This document shows, in pieces, positions 1 through 13,045 of a stretch of 64,000 bases of DNA (its first letter is position 1; the number at the start of each line of letters is the position of its first letter). The stretch comes from Octopus vulgaris (lineage: Eukaryota). Below the pieces are notes generated by a model that did not search any database, had not been told where the DNA came from, and saw nothing but the letters and a program-made list of their open reading frames with translations. The translations under genes and the position numbers were made by a program. The stretch covers positions 143,778,001 to 143,842,000 of the forward strand of contig OX597814.1 in the NCBI GenBank assembly GCA_951406725.2. Reading direction: 5' to 3'.

Positions 1-420
1 TGGACTACAAACAAACAAATGTATTAATATAGCGCTCAGGAATAGAAATAGAAAAATGCTTTTACGTTTCGAGCCTACGCTCTTCGACAGAAAGATACAC
101 AGAAAAAAAAAACAAGGAGAGAAACAAGGAGAGAAAAAAATGCGTGTAGAAGCTAACGATCTATCATGGATATATATATATATACACATATATATATATA
201 TGTATATACATATATATACACATGTATACATACACACACACATATATATAGTTGAAATTTACAGAAAAACAAAAGATAAAAACAGGTGTATGAACAATAA
301 GCTGGTGTATTAGTTTGACGCTGGGGAAAGTGAGAAAGTTCTTTACGTTTCGAGCCTACGCTCTTCAACAGAAAGGAATAAGAAAAAATAAACAGAGTGA
401 GAATGAAATACTTGTGTTTG
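1..420 (-). mobile_element. Penelope-associated repeat ends, two tandem copies (period ~281) with hammerhead-like motifs
   Basis: TTTACGTTTCGAGCCTACGCTCTTC at 61 and 342; related copy at ~50990-51140. Confidence 0.5.
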
Positions 421-995
421 TGTGTGTATGTATGTATTGTGTGTCTGTGTGTGTGTGTATGTATGTGTATATATGTATGTATTGCTTCTATGTATCATAG
501 TTAATTAAAATTTGCTCAAATATATCTTTGTCGCCCCGCCCCCCGCCACCTGCAACCAACAACGGACTCTCAATATCAGCAACAACACAGACAATATGAC
601 AATATACCACATCATCATCATCATCATCATCATCAACATCAACAACAAGAAGAAAGACAACAAAATTACCGTCAATTAGAACCACAAAGGCAACAACTGC
701 ACCTACATTTGCGAAACCAATAAAACTGCCAGATATCACAACAAAAGCATCTGAGACGTGAACAGCCCTAACAACTCGATCATCACCATCAACATCAACA
801 GGAAAAACATCTGAAAGAACAACCCTGGGTGCGTCTCAACCCAGCTCTCCCTCTCTGAAATAGACACTCAGACAGACATTCACACGAACATAAAAAACAC
901 TCATACACTCCGAGGATAGATTCCACAGACTTTTGCTCCTCCGCATCTCGAAGTGAAGATGCGGGGGAACTACACATACACACACACACACACAC

Positions 996-1036
<41 letters not shown>

Positions 1037-1779
1037 TAGAAAACACAGAAAGAAAAAAGAGGCACAGAAAAAATACCTGGCCTCATATCAACACACTAGA
1101 AACCGCGGAAATGCTTTCACAGCAAAATACAGGTACATCGAAAACAATGCCATTCTCACCAGCTCAAAAACAGTCAGCACCAACCTCAATATCACAACCC
1201 CTCCTTGCTTCCAAAAGAAAGTTCACACTATAGCAGTCAACCACACAGACATCAAATTTCATGTTTCTGAAGAGAACCAACCAAGTACTGATGGCCCGCA
1301 TTGCACAAAATAAGGATATTGAGAGAGGGGATGCAATTTACGACACCAGTACCTTTAAAGAGCCAGAATATTTAATGTTAGTGCGCATGATTCTGGACAT
1401 ATACAAAAACATTAGGGAGATGTTCTCCTACAACGTGGGAACCCCGAACGTAAATGCCCCCGCTCAAAAGGTCCCCGAATAAAGTATATTTAAGGATGCT
1501 GAACGCAACAACTATGCTTCCAAAGGTGAATTCCTATCAAAACATGGCTATGATGCTCCCCCACCACTTCTGCTCGTGATCAGAGATGCACATATGGTCA
1601 GCCACTAAGGGACATACTCAAATGGTTAAGGTCACACAACTAACAAGCAAAGTTGAGGTGTCACGCAGAATATTTGTTGCAGACCATCTTTTATACCAAG
1701 TCAAAACAATAACACTTCCAATCAGTTAAGATCAAAAGCCATGAAAGCCACTGCTTTGTACTGCTTGTCATTATTATCA

Positions 1780-1838
<59 letters not shown>

Positions 1839-2168
1839 GTTGGAGTTGTTGTTGTTGTTATTGTTTTTGTTATTGTTATTATTTACTTTGAATTTGCATG
1901 CTTGTTGCAATTACTTGCCGAGACTCACCCAGTGTCCTAGGGCGTGTGGAGGATAAGAGATGTTACAGTATGATTGAATGTTTGGGTAAAGGGAAGTCGC
2001 AGGGCAGTAGTGAAATAGCTTCATGTTATACATTATTATTAATATTATTGTTGCTGTTGTTGTTGTTGTAAAAAGAAGAAGAAGAAGAAGAAGAAGAAGA
2101 AGAAGAAGAAGAAGAAGAAGAAGAAGAAGAAGAAGAAGAAGAAGAAGAAGAAGGTAACAAGCTTGTAC

Positions 2169-2252
2169 CTGAATCTCTGCTTCTTGGTATATATTCCGTT
2201 TAGTCCCTCCCATGCGACAATGGCCATCATTAGGGATTACTGCACCTGCAAG
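2169..2252 (-). CDS. ITGB: Integrin beta exon 10 (LAGAVIPNDGHCRMGGTKRNIYQEAEIQ); gene continues beyond left edge
   Basis: ttcattcag acceptor, CAG|GTACAA; L.G.V.PNDG.C motif; next expected DYPS exon not found in 1-2168. Confidence 0.93.
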
Positions 2253-2314
2253 CTGAATGAACAGCATAAATTGTGAAATGCATTTAATTAGGCATAATAA
2301 TATTAAACATGAAA

Positions 2315-2898
2315 GGGTGGCGAGCTGGCAGAAACGTTAGCACGCCGGGCGAAATGCTACTTATGAGTTCAAATTCCGCCGAGGTAGACTTTGCCTTTCA
2401 TCCTTTCGGGGTCGATAAATTAAGTACTAGTTACGAACTGGGATCGATATAATCGACTTAATCCGTTTGTCTGTTCTTGTTCGTCCTCTCTGTGTTTAGC
2501 CCCTTGTGGGTAGTAAAGAAATAGGTATTTCGTCTGCCGCTACTTCTGAGTTCAAATTCCGCCGTGGTCGACTTTGCCTTTCGCCCTTCCGGGGTCGATT
2601 AAATAAGTACCAGTTACGCACTGGGGTTGATATAATCGACTTAATCCGTTTGTCTGTCCTTGTTTGTCCCCTCTGTGTGTAGCCCCTTGTGGACAGTAAA
2701 GAAATAAGAATCGTTAGCACGCCCGACAAAATGTTTTTAAATTCTTTAAATTCTGAGTTCAAATCCCGCCGAGGCCGACTTTGTCTTTCATCTCTCGGGA
2801 TCGATAAAATAAGGACCATTTGAGCACTGGGTTCGATGTAATCGACCTACACTTCCCCACGAAATTGCTGTTCTTGTGCCAAAATTTGAAGCCGATAT
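2315..2898 (+). mobile_element. tRNA-derived SINE (Meta-domain-like), partial tandem multimer
   Basis: GGCGAGCTGGCAGAA..GAGTTCAAATTCC box A/B-like head, GTCGACTTTGCCTTTCATCCTTTCGGGGTCGATAAA core repeated 3 times. Confidence 0.75.
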
Positions 2899-4376
2899 TA
2901 TACGGTTCATATGTATGTTATAAATCCCGTAATTAGGAAATTCTGGGACAAATCAAATGGATTTTAATCATGTAATGTTAATATTGATCGGAAATTGTCG
3001 TTTAAAAAAGCTAATTCAAAACTTATTGAACGAAATTTCTTTTTTTTTGGGGGGGGGGGGGGAGATTTTAAGTGGTAAATATATAATTTAGGTACAAGAC
3101 CAGCAATTTGAGAGGAGAAATTTAGTCAATACGATCTATTCCAGTACTTGACTAGCAATGTATTTTATCGGTTCCGGAGAGATGAAACGCAAAGCTAACC
3201 TTGGAAGGATTTAAACTCAGAAGTTAAAGAGCTGCAAGAATATATCATTACGTATTTCGTTCAAAGTTCTTAAGGAATATGCCAATCGTTCGCCGTCATT
3301 GCAGATGCATAATTAATTCAAAATGAAGGATCATTCTACGTATAAGTTGTTCAAATATCCCTTAAGAGAAGTTCTCAGTTCTACCTGCCGATGACAAAAT
3401 AAATTCTGATGATAAAATAAATTCTCATAAATTCTGCGGAAAGGATCCAACCGATTATATTTACTTCATTACTTCACACGTGTTTATTTAACAAACCAGG
3501 ACAAATTTCGATCCAGCAAGAATTAAATTTAGAACGTTAAATTGCTTAACTTTCTATCCATCACGCCTCCAGTTTAGTCAATCGACTACCCCATTTTTTC
3601 CACGAACCACTAATTCTGTCAATCCACCATTCCATTTCATTCATTATTTAAGACGATGTTGTTTAAGTACTGGTTGCGATTTACATCGCTATAATATGGA
3701 TAATAAATGAATAAATAAATAAAGCTCCTTCTCGAGGTATATTGACTCATGAGGCCCGTTTCACGGTTTCAGTGGCGTATATAGATCAAGAACTAAAGCA
3801 ATGACCACTGGTCTTTTAAGCTGAATATAGGACTATCTATGCATTTTTGCCCATCAAGAATTAACATATCCACTGTAAATTTCTACATTTATAACAGTCA
3901 CTTAAGTTATGGTGGCGATTTATATTCTGAAAATGCATTTTATATGTGAATGCTGTTATAGAAATAGAAGTTAGAGTGTAATTTGAGGAAGATGTTATTG
4001 ATAGTCCTGGCGGGTGATCGACCGGCATCATAAAGACACACTCGTTGGCCTTGAGACATTGTAGTGACAACGGAGGTTTATAAGTCGCTAAATAGCAAAA
4101 CGTTCATGGACATTTTATATAATATTTATTTTGAAGCACATTGTTATAAACGGTTCAGATTCTAAATCTCAGCAGTACACTCCTTTAACGAAGAAATATT
4201 CAATGTTCATACTAACACACACACACACACACACACACAAGGTATTCTTTGTTATAACATAACGTATCGTCAAAGAAACAGTATAGAACATTGTTACCAA
4301 TGATCTCGATGGTAAAATTAAAGATCTAACGCTTAAGGGAATTAATAAATAATTCGTTGGTGATATAAGCACATAG

Positions 4377-4436
<60 letters not shown>

Positions 4437-4437
<1 letters not shown>

Positions 4438-4866
4438 TATGTTTGACTTTTGCTTTATGTTTGTACAAGTTGGCTCCAAGTCTCACCCAGAGACCTCAAG
4501 AGACAACAGGTTGGAAGTTCACGTTGTTGTTATGCCTAGTGTGCCATATATTTGGGGTTTTTTGGGTGTTGTACTAGTGAATGTCTAATAAATAAATTTT
4601 AAAAAAAAAAAATTTTTTTAAATGTTTGTTTTAAACCTTGAGATTACATAGAGAGTATTTTGCGTAGGATATGAACAGTTCCCATGAGCACTATCTTTTG
4701 AATTTCTGCCATTTTGGGGTTTCCTGGTATCTGAGTTAGGTAGCAATCATCCCCTTTCGCTATCATTCCCAGGGTACCTATGACAACAGGTATTGTTTTA
4801 GTCTTCAGGTTCCACATTTTGCTGATTTCTATTTCAAGATCTTTATATTTGCTCAGTTTTTGGTAG

Positions 4867-4868
<2 letters not shown>
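4437..4868 (-). mobile_element. 3' end of R4/Dong-type RLE non-LTR retrotransposon inserted in (TAA)n
   Basis: Minus strand reads KYKDLEIEISKMWNLKTKTIPVVIGTLGMI...QKIVLMGTVHILRKILSM*; (AAT)n on both sides. Confidence 0.8.
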
Positions 4869-4922
<54 letters not shown>

Positions 4923-4977
4923 TGTACATTGGATATTCTAAAAATACATATACGATGTTCATAAATGATCTACTCAC

Positions 4978-5061
4978 CAGTCCATCTCCTGCATAATGGA
5001 ATGGAGCATCAGAACAATAGATAATAATCTTTCGCGATTCGTTCCGCCATCCCACATTTTC
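4978..5061 (-). CDS. ITGB: Integrin beta exon 9 (ENVGWRNESRKIIIYCSDAPFHYAGDGL)
   Basis: ttaaag acceptor, CTG|GTGAGT; GWR...R.....(S/T)DA.FH.AGDG motif. Confidence 0.95.
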
Positions 5062-5711
5062 CTTTAAGGTAAATGAAATAAAAATAAAATAATAAAGTCA
5101 TTATAAAATTTCTCAGCTATGTCTTCTGCATGGAAAAGAAATAGTTAAAACCATTTTAAGATATTTAATATGGACTTTAATGCGATAAACCAAAATTAAA
5201 TTTTAATTAATTTAATTTAATTCCTTGGTATGCGAAGAACAGTCACAAGTAAAATTACTTTTGTAGTCAAGAGATGCCGGGGAGAGAACTGAAATTTACA
5301 TTATTAAAGATTAAAGTAGGGGCATGCAGTTGGTAATGAATTTTATTATTTTTAGTTGTGGTAATAATTCTGGGCATTTTCTGGTGGTATTAGATACCCA
5401 AAGTGAAATATATCCAATCATATAACTGCCAGATCTTATAATGACTTTTGAATTGTTTAATTTTGGGGCGGTAATTATATATAGCGATTAGATAGTTCAA
5501 ATCAATGAAAATATAAATATTTAAGCTAAAATTAAAAAAGTAAACTCATTAGGGTCTTCTGGATATTTTTCTATGCTGTTGTTGTTTATTTTCAGTTTGG
5601 ACTTGAATTTAAAAACCAGCGATCAAAATTTGTTCATGTATGATAACATTGTTTTTCTGCGTGTCCGAGGTTATATAATCTAGTGTGTCTTTTCACTTTA
5701 ATGACAGTACA

Positions 5712-5800
5712 GGTTAACCCCTAAGGGTGGATGCTACTGTAGTTTGTAGCCCCAGGAGGACACCTCCTCCAGCTGGCTATAGACACACTTTCTGTGCCCT
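5712..5800 (-). mobile_element. 89-bp fragment of the 8.2-kb retrozyme-like element
   Basis: Near-identical reverse complement of 8600-8688. Confidence 0.85.
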
Positions 5801-7311
5801 GTGTGTGAAATTAGATCAAAATATATATTTGCTATGTTTGATATATATAAGCAGAACAAGAGGAGACACGTAGGATAGAGAATCAGTAATGAGGTCACAT
5901 AATCTGTGACGAAAGACCTTAGACAAGGAAACTAGACTAAAATAATGCTAATAAAGTTGAGGTAAAGATCAAATATATAGCGCATGTATAGCAATATCTA
6001 ATATCACAGTTTCACATCAAGAATCTTACAAAATTAATATTATCATACTATTCCTTATCAAAACAGATTAAAGTTTTTCGTGTAGTAACAGTTGACAATT
6101 CTGTTCAAAGATATCCCAGCCGTGACCTTACCCTTTATTAAGGTACTGGCTTAAAAGCCCGCACTCTGTGCGGACTTTTACACTGGCTCATGCAGAGGGC
6201 TTTTTGGGCCTGCCGCCCAAAACTCAAGAGAGCTGAATAGCATAACTATAATACGTCTATAATGACTATATTATCCGGTGGTGCTTGATCAGAGGTTAAG
6301 GATGGATGAGAATTAATCCTGTAATGCAATCATTTTATCGTTTCAATCCCAAGTTGAATTCCAACTGTTGGCTAATGTGTCCCAAAGTTCTTATTTCGAT
6401 GTAAAATCAACGAAGCAAATGTCATTTGTCTCCCCTTTGATCCTTGACGTCACCTGACAAACACCAACCAAAATGCCATGAATCAGCCAAGCTTTACCTG
6501 CTAGAAATAGCAACCCAAATGCTTTTAAATCAGATCCCAATGCTCGATGTTCAAGAACTAAATGAAGGGCAGAATTTCAATCCCGGGATCATCCTAATTC
6601 CCAAAAGGTATAATATGTCTATGTAGAGCCAGTGTAGACTGAGATACAGAGGTCCTAGACGAACAGACAGACTTTCGTTTTTCTTATTGTAGATAGCTTT
6701 TGTCGAACTACATTATTCAATGTGTCCAGTTTTTATTGAGTGATGTACGAGAGATTTTGTTTCTATTTCTAGCAAGTCTAGCGTTAGGCTTATATGCAAT
6801 ACATGTTGTACAGTTTCCAGTTGCCCTTTCATCCATTTTGTTTGATATTTAGTATAAATGTTTGATAGATTGTATAATCTAACAAGCTAATAAGGGTGGA
6901 TCCGCAATAAATAACAATCCCATATCCGGCAAATCATACACTACTGTATTAAATCATTTGGGATGTCTTAGGTTGTGATTTCTCTATTCGAACAGACAAG
7001 GGGTTAAACAACAATAGTCCATGAATAAAAAACAAAAGGACAATTTTCTATAACGACATGGTCTGTATTTAAGCTCGAAACGTAAAGACCCCGAACAAAT
7101 AAAACAATGTATTTTAACCAATACCCCTAATGATTCTACGGATTCATTACCTTCCTTTGGGATACAATGTAACAATATATGTCATTGTATATCTAACGCA
7201 TTTAGTATGTGTGAATGATTTTGATTTTTGTTGTTTAGTTCCACGTCGTCTCTGATTACAGCCATGCTTTAATTTCTTATGATCATAATGAGTGATTAAA
7301 AGAAGATTTAT

Positions 7312-7840
<529 letters not shown>

Positions 7841-8072
7841 CACATACATACATACATGCAGCGCGAAGTTTATGAATGAACAGGTTGCGGTTTCAAATCA
7901 ACGAAAATATTTTGACACGAATTAGATTTAAATCTTGAAGTGAATCTAACGCTGTTTTGTTTGTTCTTAAATAGTTTATAAACATCTTCCACGCTGCAAT
8001 TGTTTTTGTTTCAGCACACGATCTCAGATCAAGTCACTTGCTATGCAAGTACATCTCCGTAATACATGCATA

Positions 8073-8113
<41 letters not shown>

Positions 8114-8116
8114 AGT

Positions 8117-8710
8117 AGTTATAAACAGTAGCTGCAACACATCGTGACGTATATTTGCCATTTAAATATGGTTAACCCCTAAGGGTGGATGCTACTGTAG
8201 TTTGTAGCCCCAGGAGGACACCTCCCATAGCTGGCTATAGACACACAGGGCACAGAAAGTGTTTCTAAAGCCAGCTGGAGGAGGTGTCCTCCTAGGGCTA
8301 CAAACTACAGTAGCATCCACCCTTAGGGGTTAGCCATATTTAAATGGCAAATATACGTCACGATGTGTTGCAGCAACTGTTTATAACTCGCTCTAAGATT
8401 TACTATTGCTTGTTTACACTTTTTCGATATCAGTGTCTTTACGATACTGGAAAAAGTATATGTATTTGTGAAGGGAACCTACTTTTCATCGACAACTGTG
8501 ATCGTCACACGCCGATGACTGGTCAATATCCAGAAACTCGAGTCCGTGTGTATCGTAAGTTGGAGACGGGAAGGATGGCTTCCCTTTTCAAATACTGATA
8601 GGGCACAGAAAGTGTGTCTATAGCCAGCTGGAGGAGGTGTCCTCCTGGGGCTACAAACTACAGTAGCATCCACCCTTAGGGGTTAGCCATATTTAAATAA
8701 CAAATATACG

Positions 8711-8714
<4 letters not shown>
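8117..8714 (+). mobile_element. Retrozyme-like element: 353-bp unit + 115-bp direct repeat, preceded by inverted copy
   Basis: AGGGCACAGAAAG starts at 8247 and 8600; 8117-8245 is reverse complement of ~8259-8388; flanked by (TA)n; contains hammerhead. Confidence 0.75.
8506..8550 (+). ncRNA. Type I hammerhead ribozyme (minimal stem III)
   Basis: CACACG-CCGATGA-C-TGG[TCAATAT]CCA-GAAA-C[TCGA]G-TC/CGTGTG: 6-bp stem I, GUC site, U4C core variant. Confidence 0.72.
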
Positions 8715-8765
<51 letters not shown>

Positions 8766-9073
8766 TATATATATATAGTGTGTGTGCGTGCATGTGTGTG
8801 TTTGAAAATATGTTGCCGAAATATTTTAAGGAAAGAAAACGTCTCTCACTAATAACGGACCAAAAGTCAGCGAATGACTCTCATCTACCCAAAAACACCA
8901 ACACCGCGCAATAGGACAGTCCCATCACAAAAAGGTTAGATTATATAATGTATTTACTGAGGTACTACGAAATGGAGAGGGATGTTACAACTGGATTGCC
9001 TATCCAATTGTGAGGTTAAGTCAAATTACAGTAGGATGATAATGATGGCGAAACAATATAAAAACCTGCTTAC

Positions 9074-9166
9074 TTCACAGACAACTGCTTGCATCATAGC
9101 TTCCAATCCTGCTTCTGGAATATCTGCATTGTTTGTCGTGAATGAATGCAACTTTTTGATAGTGCC
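9074..9166 (-). CDS. ITGB: Integrin beta exon 8 (GTIKKLHSFTTNNADIPEAGLEAMMQAVVCE; SyMBS/MIDAS Glu)
   Basis: ttcttctcag acceptor, GAA|GTAAGC; N.D.PE.G..A.MQ..VC motif. Confidence 0.95.
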
Positions 9167-9380
9167 CTGAGAAGAAAACAAACATGTTAATTCCTCAAAG
9201 AAATCTGTATTTAGTCACAAATAAAAACATTCACACACACACACACACACACAGATATTTATATATATATATTAAAACACATACACTTACATACATATAA
9301 AGTCATATATATATATACGTAGACATGCCTGTACATATATAATCATATGTATGTATGTATGTATGCAAGGGAGTATGTGC

Positions 9381-9425
<45 letters not shown>

Positions 9426-9606
9426 TAAATAAAATAAAACATATGCATATATAAAAACATATATGTACCTATATACGCGCATATATGAGTACAGGACACT
9501 AAAAGGACGTCGAACACAATGAGAAACGAAAACAGACACAAACCAAAGGAACTGGACATTTTTTTAAAAACAACAAAAAAATAGAGTACAGGACAATTAA
9601 CACATG

Positions 9607-9642
<36 letters not shown>

Positions 9643-9667
9643 ACATTATATATATATATATAAACAC

Positions 9668-9707
<40 letters not shown>

Positions 9708-10827
9708 CAGAGCTAATAACGAGGTATTATCAATCCAGGCAAAATGCTTCATAAGCTCTCTGTTGATACACCAGGCTAACAATATTGTTTAGATTAGTGA
9801 AGTACTCCAAGTTTTCTTATGGCAGTCTCCAAGGTTATGGTTCATCACAATTCTATATTCTAAATCTGTGGTTGGGCTCCTGTCAAACTAGTTTTTGCAT
9901 AGCGTGATATATTGATATAAGACAAGTTGAAAATAATGGTCATTACATATTTTCCTTACAGTTGTTTCCAGTAGTCATTATAGGTACGTTACTGTTCAGC
10001 TGAGAAATATTGAACTACCTAAAATAATTCATGCTACTTTCATCAGAGCCAATATGGTTATAACGAAGCAGAATGCTGAAGGAATGGTGCGTGCACAGGA
10101 GAAGGAGTGAAAAGAGGTACAGAGGCAAGTAGAAAAGAGAAAAGTGGAACAAAAATTACAATAGAGGGAAGAGAAGAAAGGAAAGAATAGAGGAAGGAAC
10201 AGAAAGAATAATGGGATCATTTATAGAAGAAAGGAGGATAGGAAATTTGAGAAAAGGACAGTCAGAAAATATTAGTATTTGTAATAAGATCAAACGTGAA
10301 CATATTAGCATTGTTTTTAGGTCAGATATTCTCCAAATGGTGTGTTGAAATTTGATACGGGCTATTTACACACGTGGTCAATTTAAACCTTTAATATTTG
10401 GTCATTGGTGCTATCAAGTAGGGGAATTGTATTAGAAAAATGGATGAAATATCTGTAGTAATCAACGTAGAGGTTGAGAAAACTCTGATTAGCTAGCATA
10501 TAAAACACTGAGAGATTGAGAGATGTGAGTTTGAAATGAGATAAACAGTTAACTGGAAACAGCTGTAAGCCAAATTTACTCAAATCAGGGAAAAGAGTGT
10601 AATCATCATTATTTATATTTTGGATCAAGGTTCCACTCGGTCTGAACATTTTGTCTTTCTTCCTTCTCGGCCCTTTTCTAGATACTCTGGAAAAAATATC
10701 ATAGTCATCATGATAATCATTGCACGTACTCCTTTATCTGAATCAGAAATAACTGCCATTACACTTTCAGTCTATTGCTTCACTTATGATATTTAGAAAT
10801 TGCGAGGTAGACATATTTTGTGCTTAC

Positions 10828-10915
10828 TTTGAATTCTTTTGCGTCTTGTGTTAATTTTGTAACGAGACGATATGTATCAACCTTCTTCCAGATATCATCT
10901 TTACCTTGAACTAAT
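10828..10915 (-). CDS. ITGB: Integrin beta exon 7 (LVQGKDDIWKKVDTYRLVTKLTQDAKEFK)
   Basis: long pyrimidine tract + ttctag, AAA|GTAAGC; phase 2/0 bridges exons 6 and 8; Y..V..LT.D...F pattern. Confidence 0.85.
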
Positions 10916-11049
10916 CTAGAAAAGATAAGAAAGGAGTAAAGTTTGAAGTAATGTCAAATCTATATTATTCTTTTACGTTTCCACTTGTCTCTGTTGCTTG
11001 ATTCCGGACATTCTTGGACACTGTCTATAAGAATTTGGAATTTATTATA

Positions 11050-11250
11050 CTGTTTTCCAAGGGAAAGGCAAAAGCCGATATAGCTTGGCACCAGTGACGT
11101 CGTAACTCATGTCTACAGCTGAGTGAACTAGAGCAACGTGAAAAAAAAGTGTCTTGCTCAAGAACACAACACAGCCCGGTCTGGGAAAAGAACTCACAAC
11201 TTTACAATCGTAAGCTCGACACGCTCTAACCACTGAGCCATGCACCTTCA
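11050..11250 (-). mobile_element. tRNA-derived SINE (third family)
   Basis: Minus strand TGGCTCAGTGGTTAG head, GTGTTCTTGAGCAAGACAC..TTTCACGTTGCTC core; copies at 23650-23920, 36800-37085, 39684-39930. Confidence 0.7.
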
Positions 11251-11273
11251 CTTTATATATATGTATGTATATG

Positions 11274-11482
<209 letters not shown>

Positions 11483-12091
11483 GTCTGTTCAAGACTTTGA
11501 TGCAAGAACACTTTCTGTATTGTACTGGACAGTGGGATTCAGGCTGGAACCGCATGTCCGATCGACTTAACCGATTTGAGATGTTTTACTAAATCGATAT
11601 CAATAGCCATTTACAAAAACATTTTGGTTATATCCCGAGATATACCATAGTATACTACCAAGAATTAATGAGCGTAAGAGGTACTACATTTGGCCTTGTA
11701 GTGTATGTATCAAAAATGACTGATAAAACTGGAACATCTTTCATCATGGGTCCCGTGCCGACCTAGTGACAAACAACAATCACAACAAGTGGGACAATAT
11801 TAGTTCACAATCTCAGTTGGACACAGACACAAAAATCTCGCTAACGAAAATACGTTTGTATTCCAGCCAATCATAGTAGTTACGTCCCCTTATACTTGGT
11901 TTGACTTGTCCACGTCGCTTGACGGGATCGCAGCAATAACTACCAAATTACTGGTAGCAATATAATCGATTAAAACAACCTTCAGTGTTGTTTGTTTTAG
12001 TATTGCTGCTGTCCAATAACTGAAACTAATAAAATTATTAAACAATTTATTGGTAGATTTATATATTAATAAAAGCATTGATTCAACTTAC

Positions 12092-12170
12092 ACGAAGGGA
12101 AGTACTGGTTTCTCCACAAATACTCCCGCTCCGACTCGGAAACTCCCCGTCATATTTCGCAGGCTTTCCA
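12092..12170 (-). CDS. ITGB: Integrin beta exon 6 (VESLRNMTGSFRVGAGVFVEKPVLPFV)
   Basis: tttcaccag acceptor, GT|GTAAGT donor (phase 2); matches FRIGFGSFVEK..PY motif. Confidence 0.92.
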
Positions 12171-12498
12171 CTGGTGAAAAACAATGGATTATTTCTTACA
12201 TAAGAAAATGGTAATATATGTATTGAGACGGAGGATGGTGACTATACTTAATCAACACTATAAACATACTGAGATTATTGAGATGCGGTAAACGTTAATA
12301 AAATAACAATGCATAGGTTTAACGAAGGCCAATTATTTCTTTTCTTTGAGAAATTGCTTCATGCGCGCTAGTCTCGATTAACTGAAACTGGGAATAGGCA
12401 AGATTTGTAGTAGCTTTTTCAAAAAAATAAACAATAAAATACATCAATGTCTATTAGCCATTGCCTAATTGAAAAGCTTGTAATACATTTCTTGTTTA

Positions 12499-13045
12499 AG
12501 GCGGCAGGCTGGCAGAAACGTTAGCACGCCGGGCGTACTGGGGTCGATCTAATCGACTGCCCGCCACCACTCCCCCAAAACATCGGGCCTTGTGCCTAGA
12601 GTAGAAAATAATATTTTTTAAAGGGGCGGCGAGCTGGCAGAATCGTTAGAACGCCGGGCAAAATGCTAAGAGGTATTTCGTATGCCGCCTACGTTCTGAG
12701 TTCAAATTCCGCTGAGGTCGACTTTGCCTTTCATCCTTTCGAGGTCGTTAAATAAGTACCAGTTACGCACTGGGGTCGATATAATCGGCTTAATCCATTT
12801 GTCTCTCCTTGTTTGTCCCCTCTGTGTTTAGTCCCTCGTGGGTAGTAAAGAAATAGGTATTTTGTCTGCCGTTACGTTCTGAGTTCAAATTCCGCTGAGG
12901 TCGACTTTGCTTTTCATCCTTTCGGGGTCGATTAATTATGTACCAGTTACACACTGGGGTCGAGGTAATTGACTTAAATCCCTTTGTCTGTCCTAGTTTA
13001 TCCCCTATATGTTTAGCCTGTGGGCCTGCGGGCAATAAAGAAATA
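12499..13045 (+). mobile_element. Meta-domain-like SINE cluster/dimer
   Basis: Same head and core as 2315-2898. Confidence 0.75.

Noticed and set aside
3861-4088. Acceptor-like tttag at 4089 followed by an open frame in integrin intron 9
   Set aside because: No integrin similarity; the long frame is phase 1 while exon 9 ends phase 0; exon 9 joins exon 10 cleanly
10383-10687. Strong ttttttccag acceptor and 88-aa ORF in intron 7
   Set aside because: The phase-0 reading stops after 25 codons; no homology; exon 7 joins exon 8 directly
11890-12019. Candidate extra exon (YWTAAIL...) that might lengthen the specificity loop
   Set aside because: Acceptor is plausible but there is no good phase-2 donor and no Cys
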